NCBI GenBank assembly: GCA_964247055.1
Contig: OZ176052.1
Location: forward strand, 10,850,001 to 10,914,000
DNA: 64,000 bases
Origin: Paragordius varius
Lineage: Eukaryota; Animalia; Nematomorpha
Direction: 5' to 3'
This document shows, piece by piece, positions 25,552-38,659 of the stretch (position 1 is the stretch's first letter; each line of letters begins with the position of its first letter). Made by a program: the position numbers and the translations under genes. The notes beneath the pieces are model-generated. The model worked only from the letters and a program-made list of their open reading frames with translations. It searched no databases and was not told where the DNA came from.

Positions 25552-26746
25552 AAAATAAATTTATTGAACATGAGATCCTTTGGTAGGTTTTTGGATTTAA
25601 ATTTCAGCTGAAAACCATAAACCACATATCCGCATGTCCCAGGTAATAAAGTAAATTGTGTGAAACATATAATAAATGTTTGCATCATAATTAATTTTAA
25701 AGAGCAGCATATTAGAGAAATTTGATACAATGCAAACTAGTTGCGACGAAAAAGTTTAAAATGAGGATTTTTTTACAATTTTACATATTTTTTAAAAATT
25801 GTATGATGCGTCTAAAAGGTAGCAAAAAGAGAATTCAATCAAATGCTAAAAATATTATATATGATACTAAAATTTTAAATAGCCATGGGGTATAAATGCC
25901 CCAAAAGGTCATGAAGTGTTCCTAGTGAAACATGTAGGTGTATATTATTGTTAAATATTATAAATAAATTACATGGATTTCAAAAGCTTAAGTTATCAAA
26001 TTTTCACATTACTATCCATGAAATTTAAATGTATTAAATTTCTAGATATATTAAGGAACATCTTAAAAAATATTTAAGATATTAATCCGTATTTAAAATA
26101 TGCTTGGCTTTTACGCGCAATCTCAAATATTTTTGACCGCCATTTATTTTCCAAATAATTGTTTATTATGTGGAAATGTAAATAATTAACTTAAAAGGCT
26201 TTCAGGCTACATTTTACTAATAAAAACTTGTTATATATTTAAATATATATCATTCATAAATAATTTAGCAGATTTCGAATATAAGACTGCAAAATAAAAA
26301 TGGAAATTATTAATTTTACTAAGATTTTATAAGCATGTATATGTAAATTATGGATTTCAAATGTTACGCGGGCCCGACACAAAGTGCCGAAGGGCCGAAT
26401 GCCCGTGTACGTGACCATCCCTCTGGAACCTAAAAAGCTGTAAAATTTTATTTTCGAGAGAGGGTTAGATAAATAAATCCAAAATAATGAAACAATAGTT
26501 TGTTTACACCTTATGGCCTACTCACTTTTTAGTCCATGATGACATATTTTAGTTTTAAACCCAGAGCTCAATCTTGCGTATAAAGTCTTGTTTTAAAAGT
26601 TATTTGAGTTAAAATTTAATTAAATATTTTTCTCCTCTATTAGATAAAAAAGCCTTATATTTTTTACAGTTCTGTGATTTCTAGAGTTAAATATTTGGAT
26701 AGTTCCAAAACACGATTTAAATAAACAGTTTGAATAATATCAAATT

Positions 26747-28697
26747 CAGTGGCGAAACGGGGAGCTAGGGGAAGCAGTGCGGGGGGTGGCCCAAGGTAAA
26801 AAGGCCCTTTTTTATTATTTATATTTAATTTGGGCCCCCTTTCTATTTGCGAATGCAAAATTTATTACCTTTTTTTATTTACATATATGTTAGTAATGAT
26901 TGTCTGATTGTAAGTATAGTAGAATAAAAAGTATTAATATTTGAAAAGAAGAAAAGGCGAAAAAATGCATTTTTTTCACTGTCTCGATAAGCGGTTTTAT
27001 TATAAGTTGATAATCAACAAATACCTTTAAATTCTCTCCAGTTAACACCTTAAAAAGGGGAAATAGTTAAAAAATAAATAAATGAGTAACAAATATATTG
27101 ACAGTTGTAATTTTTTTGCCTCTTAAATAATTACAAATGAAATCTTATTTGCAATATATATAGTATAATGAAAAAATCTTTAAAAACTACAGTGTTATGA
27201 GAGGAACTTACAATGGAGTACAACTTTTGAGAAAGGATCAGCCCCAGGCAGTTTATGTTCCTTGTGCCGCTCATAAACTAAATTTAGTTATAAATGATTT
27301 TATTAAATCTTAAGGAGAATCCGATTTTGCAACTCTGGCAATATATACATTTTTGGTTACACTATAAAAAAAATGGGACCTTTTGAGAAGTTCCCCTCAG
27401 GTATCTGAAATAATGAAAAATTAAATCCCACTCGTTGGGCTGGAAGCTATACTATTTTATCAATGAAATCTCGTTATTTTAATATTATTAAGGTCTTAAC
27501 CAATATGTTAACGAGCACTAAGAAAAATGAGGGGGATGAAGCTTCTATGTTAATTAAAAAAATAATTTATCTATATTTTTTTGCATATTTTAATATCATA
27601 TATTAGATAAAGTAAAGTCTCTACAACATTACAATCAAATAAAAACCTTTTAAAAGCAAAAAGAGAGCTCGAAAATATAAATATCAACTTATTAAATTAT
27701 AGAAGTGACTATATAACAGCAAAAAAAGATGCCATGGAAATGGCAATAAAATGGGGAATTAAACCTGTTTTTAGTGATAAGAGACATAAAATTATTAAAA
27801 CACTTATTGATGAACTTGCCGATGACCATAGATTATCTGATTTAGATGATAAGTTTTGAGTGAATGTTTTTAATAAAATTTTAGTGTATTTTTTAGTTAA
27901 AAATATAGATTCAGCAGTGTTTATAGCGTAGCGGATATGATTTCATTTCTGCTTCCATCAAAGTTAACTAAAATGAGTAAAGTAAAAATTATAAATTCAG
28001 GTAAAAAATTTAATAATCCTAAAGATTTTGCATAATTTCCGATACAAATAGTGTCAGTTTCTAATTCGCTTAATGATGATCGCACAAATTAACAATGTGA
28101 GGCAATTTGCAGAGCTATTAATTATTAAGTATCCAACAGTTCAGTTATGATGAAGTTATAACAGCATTATTATTGTTTTTGACTTTACCAGTTACCGTTA
28201 CAGCGGAACGTTTTCTCAAAGTTAAAACTAATTAAAAATTATATTAGAAGCACGATGGCTGAAAAAAGGTTAAGCAATTTATAGTTAATAGCAATTAAAG
28301 CGGAGATGGCGGATTAGATGGATAAAAAAGATATAATTAGAAAATTTACTCACGCAAAATCGAGAAAACAAAATTTTCGAACATGATTTTCTGATTAATA
28401 TATGCTCTGAATAATTTATTTATTTTAAACTTTAAAAATTAACCTTAAGATTATAGGATTGGTAGTGGTGGTTAGGGTGGTGGGGTGGGTACCAATTATC
28501 ATATATAAATATACCAGGCTCGCAAAACTTTTTGATTCTGGATGCCAAGTCATGTAAATATTATGATTTTTAATGTAACATTTCTTTACGAATCTAAGTG
28601 ATGCGCCAGGTGAAAAGATAACTGCAAACGATTTTTTGGGGCGAAGGGGGGCCAGTATATAAATATGGGGGGCCCATAATTTATAATTCCGCCACTG
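26747..28697 (+). mobile_element. Decayed hAT DNA transposon (1951 bp), ZMYM1-like transposase remnants
   Basis: TIR CAGTGGCG...CGCCACTG with perfect TSD ATCAAATT (26739-26746, 28698-28705). Frame-disrupted motifs MRGTYNGVQ, YVPCAAHKLNL (~27250), PTRW, LTLPVTV..ER..KLKLIKNYIRSTMAEKRLSNL (~28180-28285). Confidence 0.92.
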
Positions 28698-28989
28698 ATC
28701 AAATTTCTAGCAACCTGAAACCTTACTAAAGTCATATTGCAATAAAGATTTAAAAAAATAAACAAAAATGGCGGCGAAAAAGTTGGAGATAAGGATTACA
28801 ATTTTGCATTTTTGAATCAAGTTTTTATGGATTGCACATAAAAGAAAAAGCATTATAATTATCTCAAACTAATACGTTAAATGCTTTTAAAAAATTTAAA
28901 TTTGAAAACACTCTGGGATACATCTACCCCAAAAGGCATGATGTTTTACCAAAGTTAATTACAATGGTTTTAATGTGTTCTTGTATTAA

Positions 28990-29270
28990 CACTTGTGTAT
29001 AACACATTTATTTCAGTTCTTCGATTTAAATTAGAGTCTTTGGAAACCCCAAGGTCGTTTAAAAATACAGCAAAAATATGGTACAAAAATCCATTGCAAA
29101 GGTTTGAACTTATATAACATTAATGCACTGAAATATAATAAATTCATTAAAAAAATTGATATTGCTCATTTTATGGATAATAATTAAGGTAAAAATTTAG
29201 TCAACACAAGTGTACATTTACAAAATAATGCAATATAAACCACTTGTTATGTTTATAACATTGTTAAATA
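28990..29270 (+). mobile_element. Family A MITE left arm, diverged and truncated
   Basis: TTAA (28986-28989) plus CACTTGTGTATAACACATTTATTTCAGTTCTTCGATTTAAATT; homology is lost near 29270. Confidence 0.65.
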
Positions 29271-29325
29271 TTTAAATTAAAAAATAGCTTTAATGTAAGC
29301 TTTAGAATCAAATATATCTGATCTG

Positions 29326-31080
29326 TTTCCGGAAAACCGGTAGACCCATTCAAATCCAAATGTCGAAAAAATATAATCATTAATGAATGCCCCGACAATA
29401 GCTTCGTCCTTCTTTTGAATTAGGCCCTTAGTTAGAACCCATTCCATGTAAAAAACGGGTTTTTTTTGAAAACACAAGTCCACAAAAATCGTGTCTTTGA
29501 GACAATTTTCCCGAAAACGTGTTGGACCATTCCATTTCAAATATGATTTTTTTATTTTTCGATTGTGCCGAACATGGTCGGCTCGCTTTTCAATTTAGGC
29601 CCGCTTTTTACCCGCTCCCTCCGTAAATACCACTTTTTTCAAAAAACAAAGTTCATAAAAATAATTTTTTGAATCTATTTTTCGCCCAAAGTATGAGACC
29701 GTAAAATTTCAATAAGGATTCCAGGTATTCCCTGTTAAAAGGCAAACGTTTTAGTTAAGCGTTTCTTTAATGATAGCTACAAGGTAAGAAGATACCCGCT
29801 AAAAACTGACCAGTCATATCGAAATGGTGTGCATTTGTGGCTAGCCATATCAATAAGTGCTTAAAATTTTACCCTTAACAAGGCAAAAACTTGGGTGGTA
29901 CGGTTTTTTAAAATAGCCTTCAATTAGGCCCTTCACGCCCTGAAAAATGCGCCACCATAGAATGATTTTTTAGTTTTGAGGCTATTTTTCCAAAAACTAA
30001 TGAGATCATATGGAATCAATCATGATTCCAGGTATTCTCCGTAAAAAGACAAAAATTTTAATCAAGCGCTTTTTTTGTGTCAGCCTCTGGGTGGAGAGCT
30101 ACCCGCCTACAACTGCGCCACCATATCAAAATTGCGTTGTTTAGGAGCTAATTTTCAGAAAACTTATCACGCCATATGAGTGTTATAAGGGCCTGAAATA
30201 TACTCGAAAAAAGGCAAAAATTAAATCGAGCGGATTTTTAGATTAGCGGTTAAATAGCTCTGGGTAGGGGTTACCCGCGTAAAAATGCGTCCCTATATCG
30301 ATATAGCATACCTTTGGAGCTAAATTTCAGAAAACATATTAGTCTATGTAAGTTCAATAAGGGCCTAAAATATTTAATATCCCTTAAAAAACAAATATTT
30401 TAGTATAGGGGGTTATTTCAATGAGTCCATAGGAAAGGTTTTACACCCTGAAAAATTCGCCGCTACAGAACAATTTTTTGGTTTTGAAGCAATAATTCCA
30501 AGAACTTATAGGAACATATGGACATTATAATTCCAGATATTTTCCATATAAAGACAAAAATTTTGCCCGACGCTTTTTTATACCTGTCTCTGGGTAAGAA
30601 GGTACCCGCCAAAAACTGTGCCACTTTATAGAAATTGCGTCTTTTTGGAACTAATTTAAAAATGCCATATGAGCTCATAAAGTTCGAAATAATACCCATA
30701 ACTAGCTAAAAATTAAGGTCAGGCTTTTTAAATTAGCTGTTTATTTGGGGCCTTTATGCCCTGAAAAGCCATCATACAACGATTATTTATTGTTGATTTA
30801 TTTTTTCGAATAACCCATGACGATGGTCTCAAAGATGATTCCAAATATTTTCCCTATAAAGGCAAAAAATTTAACTTAGGGCTTTTTCTATATAGGCCTA
30901 TGGGTAGGGTCTACCGGTTTAACTGAGACGCCATACAAAAATGGCGTGGCTTTGGAGTTAATTTTTAAAAAAATAAGTAGCCATACGAGTTCATTAAGAG
31001 CCTTAAATATTACCCATAAAACGCTATATAGTATAGCGGTTTTTTCCGTTAGCCGTCACTTTGGGGCCTTTACACCAGTA
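29326..31080. repeat. Interspersed element with internal ~308-bp tandem units (family B, copy 1)
   Basis: ATTCC-A(G/A)-(G/A)TATT-initiated units at 29718, 30025, 30530 and 30838, plus a truncated unit near 30230. The left ~350 bp are shared with 38853 onward. Confidence 0.8.
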
Positions 31081-31844
31081 AACAATATATTAGTATGAAT
31101 GCACCGTTTTAAAAATCCTATTAGATCATAGCTATTAAATAATGTTTTGACTAATCCACATATATGGATCATTTTATTATTTATTTATATTTTGTAGTAC
31201 TGATAATAATGCAATGTGTCAATAGTATATATATAATAAAAAATATAATTTTTTAACTTAAGCTATTTTTTTAAATTCTCCATAATTTTTGGTTTATGCC
31301 CAATTTAGATTTCATTTTATTTTCCATAAAGAACCAACGTATAAATTTACGACACTTGATTTTCATAGTCATAAGCTTTTTCGTAAAAAAATCCGGAAAT
31401 ATTTATTGAATAATATTATTGCTTTTATTGTTTTTTAAAAATAGATGTTCAAAGGTTATTATTATATCGATATTAAATAATATATATTTATATTACATTG
31501 TTTAAAAAATGCCATAAAATAATTGTAAAAGCGAATATCAATTATATCGGCAAATTTTTAACACTACCCATTTACTTTTCGAATCTTCGATTATTAATTT
31601 AATCGCAAAAATACATTAAACGTTGTCGGCTCAGACACAAAGTAATTTTTGTATTAAAAAACTATATATAACACTAAAATTATTAACGTAAGAAATTTCA
31701 GTAGATTGATTACCCATAAAAAATTGTTTGATTAAATCGATTTCTTGTTAAAAATAGTTACATACCTATACCTATAATATATATATATATATATATAGCG
31801 ATTAAACGAATAATTTTAAAGATAATTTTTTTTACAATTCTGTA

Positions 31845-33621
31845 ATGTTCAAACTTTATACAATTATTATAATATTTTTTGCTGTCCAAACAACAACTTC
31901 TAAAAATCGGACATCAAGTAATAACTTTCTGCACATTTAATAGATTACTATATAATAAATATTTTATGAAGATATGTTAATCTTTTTTTTTACAATTTTA
32001 TTTTGTTAGATATTGTAAAGCGCCCTTCCAAATTAAGTGTTAAAATCCATAATAATACCATTTGTTGGAGTCGATTCAAAAAAAATTCTACTAAAGAAAT
32101 TAATATTCGTCGCTACTATCATCAAGACAGTATTTTGGAAAAATGTGTAAAAGTTTTAATGGAAAAATTATCTAATTTAATTTAAATCATATATATATAT
32201 ATTATATTCTTTCTTTTTGGGTAAATTTAGAAATCTAATGAAATCGATAATTTGACAGTCAATGGGCGTTATGAATGTTTTTCCCCCAACCTGATACCAA
32301 ATTTCAAATATGTCATATCAGTGGTGTTTATTACAACAATTAAGCCATATATAGATCCCTTTTCTGCTCAAGTTGCCACTAGTATATAGATTAAAATTTA
32401 TTATGATAATAATATTCTTAGGATTTAAATTCCTTGAAAAATATGTAATAAGCAAATGTCATTTTTCGATTCTGGATTACACCTTTTTTGATAGGCCAAA
32501 AATTATAACCGGTACTGTTTAATGTAGTGATTCGTGGCTATAACTAGTGTATATATATATATATATATATGACAAAAAATAAATCAATATAATTGTTTTT
32601 AGTATTTATAATATTTTTAAACATATAAATTTTAAACATATATTATACTTCGAAAATTGTCGATGATTACTTTAACGGTATGAATTATAATGTCATAAAG
32701 ACATTTACAACGATCAAACACAACTCTAAATTTGCTCGATAATTATTTTTAAAAAATAAGAATGGTAGTTTGTTTTAATTAAACATTAGTCTACATTTAC
32801 ATTAATTAATTTATATATTTTTCTAGCTTATTCATGGTTCCCCTTAAATTTCAACGAAACTTACAAAGAATATTGCCAAAACTTGAATCGTCCCCATTTA
32901 CTGGACCATATACGCCTAGAGTAAATTTTAAAAAGTTTTTTTTTGGAAAACAAACCAATTCAGTTTTAAAGAACATCTTTTCCATAATAAATTTTTGGGT
33001 TTCGTTATATTTAAGCTGATATAATAATTGATGAGTTATGAAAGAATGGATGGCTATTTTAGTAATATTATCAAAATCTTATGATAAATTTTCGCTTAAA
33101 TCACTAATCACAATAGTTAAATTGATTTATATTAATTTTAAATTTAATATTTGTAGCGACATTTTAAAACATCGATTTTCACGAACGCCCGATTTGAATA
33201 GAGTTGTAATAAAACAGTGCCAAAAACATATATTTTAAATTTTATAGGTCTAAAAAATCCGGTTTACATAAATATAAAATTATTAAATTTTCAAGCTATA
33301 TTGAATATAATTTGTCCATCCGGCTGACCGTATAGCGGTGATTATATAATCTTATTTTCCTATAGAAATGGTGATATTCTTTCAAATGTGTCCGTTTCTC
33401 TGCACAATAATGATCAAATTATAGCAGAATATCCGTTGGTCCTAAAAAATTTGACCACTAATAGACAATTCATATTGGGATATACTAACGATGCAATGTC
33501 AGAAATAAAAAATATTATCAATAACCACACATTTGATCAAAACTTAAACGTAAATTATTCCAATTATTATCATTTGAAATGTTTATATGGAGAATATTGG
33601 GCCTGTTTTTACTCCAAATGA
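31845..33621 (+). CDS. Uncharacterised secreted FN3-like glycoprotein (multi-exon; possibly pseudogenising)
   Basis: Exons 31845-31917, 32010-32146, 32231-32381, 32422-32511, 32827-32920, 33248-~33337, then 33366 onward. The first five junctions are GT-AG and phase-consistent. Signal peptide MFKLYTIIIIFFAVQTTTS; many N-x-S/T sequons; FN3-like ICW...LIPNFKYVISV. The sixth junction is unresolved (in-frame TAG at 33333-33335). Confidence 0.65.
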
Positions 33622-34099
33622 TTAGATTTTTAATTGAAAATCTTAAAGGGCATTTTGACTAATATATATTTTTTCTAACATTATATTTATATAATGAAAT
33701 GAACATCATAACTTTTAACAGTTTTCGAACCTCCACACATTTAAAAATTTGATTCCGTCACACATCAAAACAAATTCCAAAAAATGCTAATACTAAATTG
33801 CTGTCAAAATATTAAAACTAACTTGCATATAAAATTAATTAATTATTAATTATTATAAGATTTTATTTACAAATAAGATTTACATATAATATTTTTATGA
33901 ATGCGCCTAAAAGGTTATAGAATACATATTTTTGAATTTGGCCCAATATCATAGATTTTTAAGACAATTATTTGGATATTGCGCTGGGACAGAAAACCAA
34001 AGCGTATTAAAGTGTTATAAAATGTAAATTTATTTTAATCATTACTATAAATTATATATTAAATGATAAAATTTGAGAAAAACAGGTTATACTCTATAC

Positions 34100-36081
34100 C
34101 AGTGGTACTCACCAAAAAATTTGACAGGCCAAATATATATTTTTTTCGAATGAACATTATAATGGCAATTCCATAGCTATTTGACACATATGTTTATATT
34201 TATACTATAAATCAGCACAATAAATTTTTTGCCGATCGCATGTAAATCCAGCTAAAAACTCGTTTTGCACCATTTATTTTAAAAATTAAAATATTTTGAT
34301 AACATTTATTTTGATATTAACCCATAATTTTTGACAAATTTGGTTTCGCCTCATGACAGGCCAATCGTAATACATCGTCCATATAATCATCGGTTAAGCG
34401 ATTTTTATATGTATTAATGACATACTATTTTTGAATACGTGTAAGTTAAGGAAACAGTTAGGATAACTTGTCCACATTTTTTTATATTTTCATATTTATT
34501 TGGCACATTTTGCCAAAACTCTACATATCTTTCTTCTCTACGATTCTCCTTAAATATAGCCTATCTACGAATTCTTCAATGATATGCGCCTGATCAAAAC
34601 CGAAATGCTCGAGTTGCTTAATAAGTGTTAGAAAATATAGGAGTGTTTTATTTATAAAATCATCTTATATATTATTAAATTTTTCTTCAAAAGCAAATAT
34701 TTGATTAACGAATTAGTTTATTATTTTGCTCCCTTGAAGACTTGTATTAAAAAGCTTATAAGTAATGTACCAAAGGTAGGCTAATAAAACCCACCATATG
34801 TCGCTATTAATTTCCTCGTCAAACTTTGTGTTATCTTTTATAAATAATAGGATTTCATGTCTTAAAAGAAAAAATCTATTTAATACTTTTCTAACGTTTA
34901 GCCATCTCACAGCGGTGTACAAAAAATATCATCGAACTCACTGTGTATATCTTTCAAAGTTTTTGAATTTAGGGCGGTTGAATTCTCTGCCACGGATGTG
35001 GTTTATATCCACAACCGTTTTAATTACTGAATTGAGTACACGCGAAACTAAGTTTTGCTGATGAATAAATAAGCAGTGAAAGGATAAAATATTTTAATAA
35101 TTATATTTGTTTCAAAAGAGGAATCCTTTGTTTATTCCAATCATAGAGGGACAGCCATCTGTGCAGATCGAAACCAATTTTTTCTTAGCTAAACCATTAT
35201 TATCGAAAAAAGTGCTAAGTTTTTTAATTTGCCTCATGATTTCATCTTTATTATGGAATTTATAAATAAATTAGACATCCATTTATTAGTTGGGAATCAG
35301 TATACTATTTTATCCCAAATTATATCAAATTTCAGAAGCTAATGTTACAACTTCTTCTGGGAGAAAGCTACGGACATTATAAATTTTTCTTTTTGGTATA
35401 ATACCTACATCTTTTTTTATTTTTCGTTTCTTTCCTCATGATTTTCTGGTCATTTATGAGGGATTCTAAAATATCTTTCAATATTGTATTTTATAATTAT
35501 GTTGTCCTCACATATAAGGCGGGTAACAGCATTTTTATTTAAAACGACAAAGAATTTTTCTTCCCATTTTTTTAAAGATGGATAATTTACGTTTTTAGCA
35601 TCATTTGTATTAATGTTTAAATATTATGTAAATTTTTTCAATCAAATAGGAATATATTTTGAATTATGCTAAAAATAAACAGGTGGAAATTTAATGATGT
35701 TAATTTGAAAAATATTTTATTGAGTTATAAAAAATGATGCAGGATAGCAATGAAAAGAATATGTTATGATAGTTTGAGTGAAAGACTTGCTTAAATTCAA
35801 AAAAGGAATGCAATAAATATTTCCAAATGAAAAAGAAAGAATACAGAAACAGAAACAACGTGTGCCAAAATTTTGAAATAGGGAAATTTTTATACATTTC
35901 AAATTGGATAAAAAATAAAAATTACCAAAATTAAATCTAAAGAAAATAAATTAATATTAAAATAAGCGAAAATACGTAAATGTGTATTAATTCATCAATG
36001 AAATAATATAAATATCAATATGGCCATAGGGAAAATTTAAAGCACTCTTAGGTCCGCATGCGGCCCGCGGTTTGAGTATTG
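34100..36081 (-). mobile_element. Decayed hAT Buster/Charlie (GTF2IRD2/SPIN-like) transposon, 1982 bp
   Basis: Perfect TSD CTCTATAC (34092-34099, 36082-36089; nnnTAnnn type). Ends CAGTGGTACTC and GAGTATTG. Minus-strand remnants ICTDGCPSMIG, HQQNL, YTAVRWL..KVLNRFFLLRHEI, LAYL...SLQG. Confidence 0.9.
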
Positions 36082-36859
36082 CTCTATACTCTAATATTTA
36101 AAATCGAGCTTTTTAATGGTACTTATATAACTCTACTATTATTACCATAAAAAGTTATTTTGCTTCAAAATTAATTAATTTTTCTCTTTTTAGATTACTA
36201 TTGCAATATATGTCCCTCCGGGAAATCACACCATCAGAATTTGTAAAAGCTCATCAAATGAATTCCACATTGATTGTAAAAATATTCACCTTTTCAAAGT
36301 AAATGATATTTTAAATAACATAAAAATGTACGAAAAAACAATTTATATTTTCTAGATGAATTAAGCTTGTGATAAAAAAAATTTATTTTTGAAGCAGCAA
36401 AAGTGCCACCAGTATTCAAAAAATTTCACAGATGTTTGTAAAATGAAATTTTAAATAAAATATACTCATAATTTGCAAAAAATGGAGACTTATAAAGATA
36501 TAAACTATATGAAAATACTATAAATATCTTTGGTATAATAATATAAGTTTCCCACATATAAGCATATGGAAATTAAAGTTTAAATATTTTTAAATATGCA
36601 GAAATTTACTGTTTTTTTGGTTATAATTATAATCCTACTATTTATTAACACTTTGATTTAAATTGGGGTATTAATAGAAGTAGAGTTATATTACAAAGAT
36701 AACATTTATTAAATGCCAAAATCAAACATGTGTGTGTAATATTATAATATAAGGATTATATACTAACTATTCTGCTTGAAGCTACATTTAACATTAACTG
36801 GGTGTATCACAAAGAGTAAATGTTTTCAAATATATAGGTGTGTTTGTGTCTACTACAGT

Positions 36860-37410
36860 AGGGTCTAACTTAACAGGTATCTAGAGACTCGAAACTATAT
36901 TTAAGTTGACATTTTTAAAAAATAACTCATAGAAACGGTTAATTTAAATTATTGCTTCTCCTAATAAAACTTATATTAATAAGCCAAAATATGTAATTAC
37001 AATTTAGTTTTGCTCCATATTAAACTACTTCGACGCCATTTTTATTATACAATATTATTCCAAAATATCGTGTTTATTTGTATCTAAAGCTAAAATCAGA
37101 TAATTTTTTATTTTTTTAACTAAAATTGATAAAAACAGTGAATTCTTTTGCATTATTTTTATATTTATTATATACACATGCCATTTTGACTAAAATTTTA
37201 TTTGCGGTTTCTCTATAAAATGATTAATATCAAGTTTTTTTTAATATTTTTTTTTATATTTCGGTGCATTAATGTTATATAAGTGCAAATTTGTGCAATG
37301 ATTTTAATCAGTTCCATATTTTTAGAAATATTTGATTTTAAACAGACCTGGGGTCCCCAAAACCCCAATTTGAATCGGAGGACTGAAATGAATGTGTTGT
37401 ATCCAAGATT
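36860..37410 (-). mobile_element. Family A MITE, diverged, inverted
   Basis: CTACTTCGACGCCATTTT and CCCCAATTTGAATCGGAGGACTGAAATGAATGTGTTGTATCCAAG are colinear with the other copies. Left boundary approximate. Confidence 0.7.
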
Positions 37411-38659
37411 TAAAACAAAGAAAAACGACAGGCTATGCTAATGCCGTTTAAAAATTTTAACCTTTTATCTATTTTAAATCTCTTAAAATCTGAACTTATA
37501 TTTTGCAAAATTTGTTCAATTTGAAAAAATTTAAAAATAATTGCTTCTTATAACGGTGAGATCCTTCTGGTATCAAAACAACAGGTTAAAATGGTGGTAT
37601 GTAAAATAATTCATATAAATTTAAACAACCGTTTTTTTTTGTCAGAGCCGTTTTTAGTAATTAATTAATAAAACGGGAAATTGGCTTTCAAATTTGTTAA
37701 TAAGTGCTATATTTATTTGTTAAATTAAAAAATAAGGCACTTGTATATTGATTGGTTACGAATGTAATTTCATTCATAAGCGGTCACATCGCTAATAAAC
37801 TTTCATTAGTTTTTATGAGCTTATATCTATTCTCTTTACTTGGTTTGGTTAATTTTATTTTCAGGGATTAATTCAACTATAAATATATAATATATTACTA
37901 ATCGTAAAAAGATTCAAAGCTCGCCTGTCCTTGATTAACTGCGTTATGTAATTTTTTTCGATAGTTTCGGAATCTTTACTTTTACATCAATATTTTTATA
38001 CAGACTCAATGTCTTTACCATTCTACCAATCTTTAGTATTTTTTCAGAGCCAAAAATTGCATAAATCATTAGAACCCATTTTAAATTTAGTATTATCATA
38101 TAATCAATTCGATGCTAAGCACGCGGGGTGTCCTTTTTTGTGAAAATGTTTGAAATTTCGTTTCAATATAAGTATCCTAACATTTTGTTGCAACAAACAC
38201 CCTTATGATATTTATCACAGGATTTGCCAGGCGTTAAAAGGTAGTTAAACATTTTCATATACCCTATCATATAATAAAATTAATTAATCCAAATTTTATT
38301 ATTATGTTAAAATGTATATTTAGAAAACCAAAGAACCATCCTATCAAGTCAAAATTCTGGACCATATCATTTATTTTGAATCAACGCAGATATTTAATGA
38401 AAGTCAATTCATTAATGTCTCCTTCCCGTTTGATAATCCCTCAAGCATTCAATTTAGTATAAATGAAACTCGAAGTTTATATAGAATACCACTATATAAC
38501 TGTAAAAACTATGGAAAAAAATAAATACAAAATTGATTTTTAAATATAGTATGCAAGTTGTTAATCATATTATTAAATTTTTTTTAGTTTAACCAAAGAG
38601 CGATTTGTAATAATAATAATAATAATAATACAAGCCATAGTGTTTTAAATGGCTTAAAT

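Noticed and set aside
29277-29540. Similar short ORFs in both family B copies (also 38840-39069)
   Set aside because: The second copy is frameshifted and no domain is recognisable; DNA-level repeat homology explains the similarity.
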